The notes beneath the pieces are model-generated. The model did not search any database. It saw only the letters and a list, made by a program, of their open reading frames with translations, and was not told the DNA's origin. Position numbers and translations under genes: made by a program. Below, piece after piece: positions 49,918-61,200 of a stretch of DNA of 64,000 nucleotides (positions are counted from its first letter, which is position 1; each line of letters opens with the position of its first letter). Source of the DNA: Diadema antillarum. Lineage: Eukaryota. The stretch spans positions 62,001 to 126,000 of the forward strand of contig NW_027272318.1 of NCBI RefSeq assembly GCF_040938485.1. Direction: 5' to 3'.

Positions 49918-51332
49918 TTCCGCCCCCCCCCCCTTTCAGATCTCGCCTATGGAACGCGTGATTGCGCCGAAAATGGGCACACGCGACGCCCGCGACGTAT
50001 ACTATCAAAATGTATGGTTGCTTTCTCCGAAAAATTTTTCTTATATTTTGTATTAATTAATTGTTGTAATTTATGCATAAAATCAGTTTTGGGCTCTAAA
50101 TCACTTATTAATGCTCTAATTAAGCTAATTTCTTTTTAAAAATGTTTCTTGTATCATTCTCCTGAGACATAGGATAAAAAAAATCTGTATCGAAATTAAT
50201 TTCTTATGTATTTGATTGTTTTTTGAATTTCTTATGTATTTCCTTGTTTTTCGACATTTTGTTTTTGTTTGTTTTTTGGCCGAGATTTATCACAGACATT
50301 TTTCGAAGCTTTATTATGCTAAAATAAATTAATTTCGTCCATTCTAAGTCAAGATATGAATTTTTATGTGAATTAATTGAAAAAAACACAATTTGCATTG
50401 GATTTGTACACAAAATCACGTTTTGGAGCAATTTTGGGGTTGACAAATTTTTTTCAAGCGGGTGTCGCGTCAAAACGTTACGCGCGGGCGCAACAATTTT
50501 GGTCTCAAAAGTTGCGCGATACTTGAAAGAAAAAAGTCATGAAACATCGCGGTGGGAGCTTATCGCGCTGCAAAGATATTGCGCGAAACATCGAGGGGGG
50601 GCGCATTCCGCCCCCCCCCCCCAGCCTGATTAGGGTTAAGCTCAACATCATATTTTAGCTGAATTAAAAGCATTGAGAGTCTATTTTTGGTTTGTAAATC
50701 TGTTTTAGCATATTCAACCAATTGTACATCACAAAAACTTCCAAAACTCGTTTCAATTCTTATGTATTTTATTGTTTTCAGAATTTCTTATGTATTTCTT
50801 TGTTTTTCAACTTTTGTTTTTTCTTTGTTTTTTATTGGAAATTGTCACTGACCACTTTGCTACCATAATTAGCATAATATTAATCAATGAAAGTGATTGA
50901 TTGTAAAAATAATCAGGTTTTTATGACTTTCATGACAGAGCACTGTTTTCCATAGGAAATGTACACAAAATCACAAAATTGTGCCCGTTTAGGGGCGACA
51001 TTCTGTTACAAAAATGGGCGTGGCTTCACAAAAGTATGCGCGTACGTTGCAAATTTGGTCGCAAAAGTTGCGTGAGACTTGAGAACAAAGAAAGTCAAGA
51101 AGCCTCGTGACGAGGCCGCCTCGCGTTACAGAATTATAGCGCAAAACGTAGAGGGGGCGGATTCTGCCCCCCTCAGCCCTTTTAGGGTTAAGGTATTTCA
51201 CAAAGGTTTTATCAATGTTTGTCCATTACTGAAAATGACATTTTTTCCTCTGCAGGTGCAAAGGTAAGACAGGAGATCTACGATGCTTTCAACAACATCT
51301 ACCCAATTTTGAAGTCTTTCAAGAAGACATAG
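43688..51332 (+). CDS. TBP: TATA-box-binding protein (276 aa, 7 coding exons)
   Basis: Exons: 43688-43738, 44458-44717, 46344-46431, 46783-46938, 48135-48238, 49145-49239, 51256-51332; 831 nt. The core runs [62 protein letters not shown]...[34 protein letters not shown]. The N-terminus ([14 protein letters not shown]...[12 protein letters not shown]) resembles sea-urchin TBP from memory. Confidence 0.97.
45180..46181. mobile_element. 1-kb foldback element with TTAA TSD (Kolobok-like) in TBP intron 2
   Basis: Arms of about 420 bp (about 45180-45600 vs 45670-46181) are near-perfect inverted copies. TTAA is at 45176-45179 and 46182-46185; the right arm carries an insertion of about 110 bp. Confidence 0.85.
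47061..47651 (+). mobile_element. Second HINE-like element in TBP intron 4
   Basis: T-rich start, GGTCAAAGGTCA motifs and a 3' stem-loop AGTTGC-TAAA-GCGACT followed by TTTT; boundaries approximate. Confidence 0.45.
49651..51187. mobile_element. piggyBac-like MITE (outer) in TBP intron 6
   Basis: TTAA|CCCTAAAAGGGC...GCCCTTTTAGGG|TTAA. Confidence 0.8.
49838..50635. mobile_element. piggyBac-like MITE (inner), nested in a related element
   Basis: TTAA|CCCTAATCAGGCTGGG...CCCAGCCTGATTAGGG|TTAA, a perfect 16-bp TIR. Confidence 0.85.
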
Positions 51333-51927
51333 TAGTAGTGCTAAATGCATGAATCAGACATTTTTGGCTCAGGCCGGCTGTGTGAAGTCAGGAAGGTGGA
51401 ACAGCAACCAAACGAAAGACTGTAGACATGTTTACTTTGGAACATAGAATGGAAAATTGGTGCTGCTGACAGTGTATCTCACCAGCGGACGATACTAAGT
51501 TTTTGCACATGGAGTCCATTGCTGTTTTCTGCGGCCGACCCATCTCACCATGATGATGGTACAGGTGCCAGGAGAAAGCTGTTGGACGAAGGAGAGTTCT
51601 TGCACGACTGTGATTGAGCTGGCAGAGACATTGTATGGATGAATGCCATAACGTCAAAGAGGAATGTACCATAATAGTTATTAATGTGTAGATTCAGTGA
51701 ATGCAGAAATATTAGTAGAATATATCAATGAAATTAGAAGGAAATCGGACAAGCCTCCAATAGTTTACCTTGATTTGATAATTTATATACTGTCATTTGC
51801 TGGATAAGAAGGCTATAACAATTTGAAATGTGTATGTAGTTTCACTTATCATTTAAAAGTATACATTCCCCTGGTTTGTTGCGGATAATATTGTTCCCCC
51901 TTCTTTTAAATGAGGTAAAGTCAGGTA

Positions 51928-52135
51928 CTGTAAAAGTGGAAATTTTTGCAGTGTTCACATTTTCACATATTTTGTGCAACCAGAAACTAGTGCGAAAATA
52001 AGAGCATGTAAATATTTTTTCTTGCCATATGTTCCTGTACTTGGTGTCTATATTCGCGGAATTAAAAACATGCGAAACTCTTCTTACCTGGCCAAGCACA
52101 AAGAATTGGTTGCGTGAAAATATCCACTTTTACAG
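51928..52135. mobile_element. TA-flanked MITE (CTGTAAAAGTGG termini), probably within the TBP 3' UTR
   Basis: TA|CTGTAAAAGTGG...CCACTTTTACAG|TA; the first AATAAA I found after the TBP stop is at 52921. Confidence 0.75.
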
Positions 52136-53312
52136 TACTCTACATTCACATTTCTCCACCTTTTTTAACCAGAGGTCCACTTTGGCTTCTATAATTGGAA
52201 TATGTCATATTCTCTTTTTGCTACAGTGTACTGTGACTTCCCAAATCATGTAGCCTTCTTATGCCACAATGGATTTGACCAAAATTTGAAACATTCATTA
52301 GTTTTGAATGTATTGTCTGATTTTTTTTCAAACTTAACTGATATGTTCTACTGATACTCTTACATTGCATTTCTATGTAGATTCATTGAATCCACATGCT
52401 CTGAAAGTGGAAATTTGTAAAAGTGGAAATTCTCATGCATTTCGTGTGACCAGAAACAAGTGCAAAAAAAAGAAAGTATCCATACTTTTGGTGTTGTATG
52501 TACCACCATGTATGGAATCTTGATTCTGTGGAATCTTGCACTCAAAATTCATCTTAACTCGGCAGAGAAAAAAAATGCAAAAACATCCACTTTTACAGTA
52601 GATGTCTAGGGGTAATGTGTCCCTTTAACAGATGACTGTACTGTGAATTATTTAGCTGTCCTGACGTGGACATGTTGCATTCAGGGTTATCTGTTTTTTT
52701 TATGTAGCAGTTATTCTGAGTTTCATGTTAGTCAATATTTTGATAGAAAGGTCCATCAGATTTATTGTCTTGATCATGCCAAAAAAAAAAGTTGAAACAT
52801 GTACAAATCTACGATATCTTCCAATATTGAAAACAAAAAAGATAGCTGTGTTCAAGATTTGTTTTATGTGTTTAACTTCTTAAAAGAATTAAAAATCCAA
52901 GATTTTAGATGATTGATGTGAATAAATAAGGTGGTAATAAATCTATATGAAACCACCACCAAATCTTGATGCTAATGACAAGCCAACATCGTTAAAAGAA
53001 AGCGATTACATTTGTTTGTATGAATACCTTGTGTAAAAGAAAAAAGAAATCAGATTTTATTTCTGTCTTTTATCATCTGTCAAAGAGGGAATTTAAGCTG
53101 AAAAAAAAAACTACCCAGTGACTGAGGTGAAATTGATAGAGTAAAATGATGCAATCTAAGCAGTAGAAGTTTTCATTCTTGCAGTATATTTGTATTTTGT
53201 AAAATTTTGTAGCATCTTTCAGCTGCGTGAAATGGAAGGGATTTCCATCTCATGTATTTATAGTATATGATGTATGATTATGAGTCTTCTCTTGTGAATA
53301 TGATTCTAAGTA

Positions 53313-53513
53313 CTGTAAAAGTGGTTTCTTTTGCGGTGGTTTTATTTTCGCGCTTTGAGGTTGAACTGCGAATTTAACATCACACGAAAACGTTTTGAAC
53401 TCGTCGCTGTTACAACGCTATCATTACCGACCGCGAATTTAAACACATGCGAAAAAGTCGGCACCGATGGAAACCGCGAAAGTTTCTGTATGCGAAAGAA
53501 ACTACTTTTACAG
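53313..53513. mobile_element. TA-flanked MITE (CTGTAAAAGT termini)
   Basis: TA|CTGTAAAAGTGG...CTACTTTTACAG|TA. Confidence 0.75.
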
Positions 53514-54727
53514 TAGTCTTCTGGCAGCTGTGATGAGATCTTGTATGTTGTTAGCCATGTGTATGTACATCGTAAGCTGCCACTCATATTCAAAGGGATC
53601 TTTTCACTCATTGAAATGAGGTGTCCGAAGGCAAACTCCCTTTGAGGAGCAGAGATGTAGTATCTGTGTAAGAATTGCAATGAGAATGGATCCACAGGTG
53701 GTGATCAACGAGAAAGATAAACTACAAATTGTGTAGAAAGATGTACTAATGTTAACAATGGGTGTGACGTCTAGCAATCAAAGCAGTTTCAGATATGTGT
53801 CTTTTTCTGCAAAGATTTGTTTTAGCATCACTCACAAATATTCTCAGCATAATCAGACAGTTTATCTGAGTAACATATGACAACTTTTGTTTGTCTCGCT
53901 CTGTAGGCCATGAGCAACACCAATGCAATACTCGGATAGAAGAGTTTCCTAAGTGCTCTCAAAACAGTTACACCATACATCAAAAGCATATGAGTTTAAT
54001 GTCCTACCCCGTATCGCATTCAGTAATGTATGTATATTAAACGCTGTGTTTTTTATTAGTTAACTGGGCATCCATCAAACATACCAAGAATGGTAATGTG
54101 GCACATGCAGCATTACTGTAAGATTAAACAGATTAGATATGAAATGTGTCGCAAGAAATAAGAATTATTGTTTCATTTTTGTTACAGTACCAGTGGGATG
54201 CCATCTTCGTGCAGATTGCAGTTAGAACCTATATTTTTTAACCAAAAAGGTGACAAAATACAGATATATTATTTTTCATCATGATTGACTGAAAAAAAAA
54301 GAATGACAGCATTAGCATATTTCACCTTGAAATAAAAGTATATGTTTAAAAACACCAAAATCTTTGCTGTTCAGCTATGCATGTTGTAGTATCATTCCAT
54401 GTGTAGTATTACGATGTCCAATGACCTTAGAAAGGTAGTATGCTTGTCTTCAAACTTTTGTTGCAACTGTAGTTTTTCTTCCCATCTTTAGAGTAAAGAA
54501 AAAGTATATAGATATACAATACAGTATGTATCAATGTGTAAAGAAGTGGTTTATGTATACAAAAATTCAACAGAACATATCCTAACCATTCATTCAGCTG
54601 AAACAAGCTGCAACTACTGTTTTTGAATGCAGTGCTGGATGAAATATTCTTCTTTTTTTTTCCTAGGAGAATAATCAAGTCATATCTTATTGAGACTGTC
54701 AATGATCATATGATGCATAACGCATTA

Positions 54728-55040
54728 CCCCGGGGTACTGTAGTACCCCGGAGTACCACGTTGTATAGTGCCATCTCATGTCCACTCAAGGACAGCCGCA
54801 AAGAAATGCATGCACTGTGTGTGTGTACATAGTTATTCCCATGCCACTGCATGTAATACTATGCATGCATGGCATGCTGTGCTAGCAATAGCGTGTGCTT
54901 CAGTGCAGTGCAGTGCAGTGGCTAGCATGCGCTAGCTCCAGCACCAACATAATTTCCACTTTTTGGCAACCCAGGGTATAACCTTTTTAAAAAAATAAAT
55001 AATTCAACAAAATGGCTGATTTTCATTTGGTACCCCGGGA
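54728..55040. mobile_element. TA-flanked MITE with CCCGGGGTAC termini
   Basis: TA|CCCCGGGGTAC...GTACCCCGGGA|TA. Confidence 0.6.
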
Positions 55041-55378
55041 TACCATTTATGTCTTCATATTTGTAAGGCTGCATTGTCAGAAAGGGTTGAATACTATTTC
55101 TTATGATCATCTTTTCTTTTGTAGTCCTTACCTTTGTAATTTAAAGTTGAATTGGTTTCAAACATTTGTAATTGTGCAGTAGTTGTTTTGAATAAGGATG
55201 CCAGGATCACACATGGATGTACTGTATACACCATGTATTTCACGAGACTTGACTTTTTGCAAACTGAGACTTCCTGATAATGTTATTGTGCAGATGTTTA
55301 AAATTGCGATCATGGAGCGCAGCAATGAAAGGAGACATGCACACATGCAAGTTGAATTCATGTGAAGGTCTGAGTTAA

Positions 55379-55753
55379 AGGGATCGTACAGTTTTGGTTG
55401 AGACCTAATTTCAGGTTTCTAACATTTTTTGGTGAGATAATGAGAAACCTCTTATGAAAGAGCATGTAATTCCATGAGGAATTCAATGTTTATTTGATGA
55501 AAATCGGTTTTGAAATGGCTGAGATATCCAAAACAGAGTGATTCTAATAAAATGTGGGACCCACATTTTATTACGACTGCTTTGTTTTACTTTGTTTTTG
55601 GATGTTTCAGTCATTCCAAACCCGATTTTCATCAAATAAACTTTAAATTCCTCGTAAAATGGCATGCTCTGTACTGTTTCATAGATGTTTTCTTGGTATC
55701 TCGCAAAAAGTTAAAAGCCCAATTCTCATCTCCACCAATACTGTACCATCCCT
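55379..55753. mobile_element. Kolobok-like MITE, family A
   Basis: TTAA at 55375-55378 and 55754-55757; colinear with 1240-1621. Confidence 0.8.
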
Positions 55754-57051
55754 TTAATCATTTTGCTTGTTTTTAATTTTCCTGAATAGTGCCCGACTAG
55801 CAAAATTTACAAAAATAAAAATGCTCGAGAAATACACAACGTATAAGATACTGTACCATATTTCACCCTTGCTCACAGAGAAAAGCAAATATATCAATGG
55901 GTACAGAGTGATAACAAAACATTGCATCCACTTGTTGACAACAGAATTATCATTGAGGCAAGTGGGAATGTACTCTGAGCGTGTTAAAGTGACAATACCT
56001 CTCTGTGTTCAAATGTTTTTAATGGGGTATAGTAAATTCAAACAAGTAGAACTACTGAAGTTTCCTTGAGGTAAGGTCAAAAGATTATAAAAATCTTACA
56101 TCTATCGCATGTTTTGTATGAAAGAGTGTCATCAGTCATAGCCAAATATGCTAATTAGACTAGATAATGATGATGTCCTAACTTCACACAGTTTTGTTAG
56201 GCTTTTTAATCAAAAGTTGATGTCAAAATATCTACATATGGGTTGATAAAGCAGCAAATGCAATCCTTCCCCATCAAGCACTATTTCTAAGGCATAACAA
56301 CTCTATTATGATTCGATGCAGTGAACATGATTTTCATTAGGTGAGTTTTTTTTTAAATAAAATTTAGTGAAGATTTGTGTACAAGGTCATTGGGTGACTT
56401 GTTTGCAAAGTCATCATCTCATTCAATGTTGCATTAATGACTGTGACAGATGTGTACTGTTTCCTGGAAACATGAAGCTTCCATAATTCTGTATCTGATT
56501 TTAATTGAACAACTTCTACCGTTCTGTTTATTTCATTTTACTTCGCTCGTTGTAGTCAATATGAACATGGAATGGTTTTTAAGTTCTTTCATGACTAGAC
56601 CTGTTTAAAGTACTGTATACATGTAATTTGTACAAACTGTAGAATATGTTTATATCTTGTGCGATATTTGTGTCATTTTTCTGTACAAAGGCATGTTAAT
56701 AAATACATGGCAGTTGCCAACATCTGAACATGAAAAATGATTTATTTTTGTTCAGTCTTAACTATGATTACATATATTTAGGTGGAACATGGACATGAGA
56801 AATAGATACATGATCGTGAGACTAAATCAGACATACACTGTACTTTACACAGACATATGCATCTTATGTAAACTTTTTTTTCTTTTTAGTCTGCTGTTTT
56901 GATGTTGTTTTGGGGGTCCTGATACCTTGGATGATCTTTTGAGAAAAAAAAAAGAGAGAAATATAACAAATAATGTAAACATACAAACCAAAAACTTGAG
57001 TCGTTATAATCTTTTCAATTGCTAGGATTGAAATGCAAGTTCTAGTTGATT

Positions 57052-57186
57052 CATACTTGCCAACATTTTCATTTGAGAAAGCGGGTAGAATCCAGGACGC
57101 CTATGCGAGCAGCGCTAGCTTGAATGCTAATGAAATCTTTCAAAAGCGGTAGTCTACCGCCAAATGCGGTAGAGTTGGCAAGTATG
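57052..57186. mobile_element. 135-bp MITE with 13-bp perfect TIR and 7-bp TSD
   Basis: CATACTTGCCAAC...GTTGGCAAGTATG; GTTGATT at 57045-57051 and 57187-57193. Confidence 0.8.
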
Positions 57187-57749
57187 GTTGATTCATTAAC
57201 AATCAAGTGGAGGAAGACAGAGGGAGAGAGCATTGTAGGCACCTAAATACTGAAACCGGCATTTATTTACTACCTCCGAAAATTTGATCTGAACTAAATC
57301 CTTTTCATTGTAATTTTATTTTAGAGATCTATTTCATTCTTTTCTTTGTTTTTGTTTTTTGTGAACCATATGAGTCGTACTGCAAATGCTGGACTTTGGA
57401 GAGGATACGTTTTGTAATGAAATCCCAGCTGACATTTACAAACAACTATGACGTCATACACCGAGTTCGGGTTATTTTGTCACCCTGTTGTCGACTGCAT
57501 GAAATGCCACTGCTGCTACGTTTTTGTGGTTACAAAGATACTATTGCCGGTTTGACTACTCCATATTATGCGAACATGATTTGATACCAGATGGAATAGT
57601 TTGTTAAATATAAATCTTCTTAAATCATCTGAATAATACATTTCACATTTTGAAATAACATAATAAATGGATTAATTAAGTTTAATATTGAAAAAATATA
57701 TGTATATCCACATCTTAATCGGTTCATAGAGACAGGGTGGATATCCAAG

Positions 57750-58248
57750 ATGGCAGCTTACAGGGACAGTGAAGAAATTTCTGCAGACGACGACGTAGGA
57801 CGCTTTGTACCTCCTCTGGCCGGGATGTGCATAGCTTTTGAGAAATGTCCATTGTGTTTTACGACAAGGAGACCGTTTACATGTGCATCTTGCGTAGAAA
57901 AGGGCGATTTCTGTCACTCTTCGAGCAAATCTGCAGAGGCTGAAAGGTAAACAAAAGATCGAATACATTCGCATTGCAGTCAATGACAATGGTTCATAGC
58001 AGGCAGCGCGCGCCGCTGCTCGCAGCTGCAGCTCCACGGGCCACAGTCGCTGTGTCGCGCAGTGTCCAAAACATTGCAATGCACTTAGCTGAGCCTGAGA
58101 GCTCTTTCAATTCAATGCAGTTGCGTTGCTGTTTCCGGAGTTTTGAAGGCAAGCCCAAGGTACGGATTGGCAGGTCTTCAAATAAATGAAGCTCTGGCTC
58201 CGAACAGTTTCGCTGATTGCCATCATGTGGTGCAACACGACATTATGC

Positions 58249-58279
<31 letters not shown>

Positions 58280-61200
58280 AAGAGGGTCAGTAGGTCGGGT
58301 TTTTGTTTGTTTGTTGTTGTTTTTTATACCGGGTCTGCATTTTTTCTTTGGGGCAGTGTCCGCTGTTTGGCGGACTACATTGTTAGCACCTCCAGTGCAT
58401 TTGCGGCATGATTCGTTTCTGGCAATTCTTCAAGTTCGAGTTCAACTTTGAACAAAATATGGCGCAAATTTAATAGTTAATACACTCAACACTGAAGCGA
58501 TTCATTCAAACTAACAATAACATCTTGCCAGGGCCCAGTACCAGTGGGCGAGGCAGAAACACTAACTGACAAACGGTCTTCTTTGATGAATTTAGCAAAC
58601 AGCTCAAAAAAAGTACCTTCCAGTGAGATGCTGGCAACCGAACTCCATCCACACAGTTTTGCTGCCATGACAGCTGGTTACGGATACTGCAAAAGTGGCC
58701 ATCTTGGCAGTCGCGCTGCGCTGCCGTGGTAGCTAGCTATGCGCATGCATGCATCGATTGGATTTCGTACATGTGCATGCATGTGAGCCAAAAAGCTAGC
58801 TAGCAGTGTATGCTAAACGTATAGCCTGCGGCCCCACGCGCCATGCGGCTTTAATACGCTTACGTGTACTGTACAACATGATTTACGATGGGTTGATGTG
58901 ATGAAAAAATATTTTTAGACTTTTCTCATTCTTTTTTCAGTTCAAAATGGAAAATTTTTGGTTTAAAACTGTTTACAATTTTAGACGCTGTAGAAAGATG
59001 AAATTCATGGGAAATTTTAAACTCAAAAGAGTAAAAAAAAATAAATAAATAAAAAACCCGACCCGAGATTTCTGTGATTTTCGGTCGGTCGCAAAGAGCA
59101 AACAAACCTTTTTTTTTTTTTTTTGCCTTATGTTGCCTACCAATACACAATATTTCTAGAGCCTTTTGTTACTGTATAGAAGAATCCAGTAGATGGTCTA
59201 TATAGGCCCTACTAAAAAAGCTGATCTGCATACAGCTACAGGTTGTACAAGCTAGCATGGTGCATAGCCATTGCATGGGATCTCAATCATGATGATGTAC
59301 ATCTCTGCACCCAAATTTAATGAATTTCCTACGTGTATATGATAGATGAATACATAACAATAACAAACACGTACAGTGCAGTACAATCCCATCTTACATC
59401 AAACACGGGTGTAAATGAGTAAAAAGTCAGTTCCCCAAATTATAAGTATTAAACTAGACCTACTTTGTGGCACAACATTTCCTTACAACAAATGAGGATA
59501 TATAGTGAAATTCCCATTATAATGAAGTCATTTCTGATTACCATTGATAAAGGAGAACAAAAGAAGTGTGCTCCTTTTTCACAAAATAAAAAAACAGTAG
59601 CTGATAGACTCTAATAATTATTCCCACACTTTCTTGAAAAAAAAAAAATGAAGCTATTTTGAATACAGAATTGTATTTGAGCTAGAGCTGTATAAGTATT
59701 TGATACCTTATCTGGAAAAAGAAGCAAACGCGAACATAAAGAAAAAGTTACTGCACACCGCATGCTGTGACAGTTGTTTGGTTCTATATGCATTAAAAAA
59801 AAATAATGTAGTGACAGTTTATATATGCATAAACAGACAAAGAAAACTATGTAGTGAACATGTCATCATGATCTTGTGACTGTTGTGTCTATGTTGAGGT
59901 GGTTGTATGACATTCACATCATTTTTTTTTTTTGTTTCAAGATGTTGAATATGTGTATGTAATGTGTGATTTACTTGAATTTTCATAAAAACATTGTTTT
60001 TCAGTCTGAAATATTTTTCTTGATGGGCATTATTCTCCATTATGAAATTCTTGCTTTTGTTAATCTTACAGTTTCCCATTTTTCTCCTCTTTATCCTTCT
60101 GTTTTGAGGTTTTGTTTGTTTTTTTAAAACAACAGAATAATTCAAATTGAGCCTTTTGCCTCGTTTGCTTGTTTAAATCATAATACGTGTATGTGTGTTG
60201 AAACAGGTATTGTGAAAGGAGAGACAGGCTGATGCGACTCAGGAAAGAAAAAGAACGCCTGTCTGCAAAGTGAGTGATATCACATTTAATTTTTTATTTT
60301 TTTGTCTAAGATAAAAAATAAAAAGTGAAAGCTATTCTACAGCACTGATGTACAGTGTATGTAAAGTGTTTGCTACCAGTCATGAATTCTGGAGAACAGG
60401 ATCAATGCACAGATTCCTTATTCATGGGACCTGAAAAAATAAGTGACATTACTTTGAATATGAATTTAAAGATGTACAGTATATCAGAGTTCACAACTTT
60501 TCTGAAAAGTCAGTATATCAGAGTACACAACTTTTCTGAAAAGAGCCTTCAAAAATTATTGTGCAAGCTGTATCTGACACTTGTGAACACAATAACAGGG
60601 ATAGATTTCTGCCTGATTTCTGCCAATGCAAGAGTTGTTGGTTACACAGTCTAGGCTGGCATTATTGCCCTTCCAATAGGCATCGGACATTCATTATGCA
60701 GAGTATTAGTAAATATACCATTTTCTGCCTTTTATGCAGACCTATTTATTTATTTTTTTTTATTCATTCATTATCCATGTAGATGATATCCATATTTATA
60801 ATGGTTTTTACATTTTCTTTCATTACTCACCAAGGCTTTGTGAAAGACTGAGAAGGAAAAATGCAATAGCAGAAAAGGTATGGACATCACATTGTGTCAA
60901 AGTCATCATTACACTATAATGCTACACAATGTTTTCATACATTTCACATGATGTAAAGTTTGAGTTATGGTTTGCATGGAGTGCAAATTTTTTGCTTCTT
61001 TTTATATTTTCTTTATAGGTACATGGTACCTATATATATATAGGTACATGTACTGTGTTTTGAAATCAGTTTGTGAAGACAAGAATAAGTGACAGTTTGT
61101 TACAAACCAAGAAGGAAAGTACAGGGACATATATCTATAACATGGATTAAGTTTTCATTTTAAAGAGCCCCTGGCACAATTTTTTTTTTAAATGACAATG

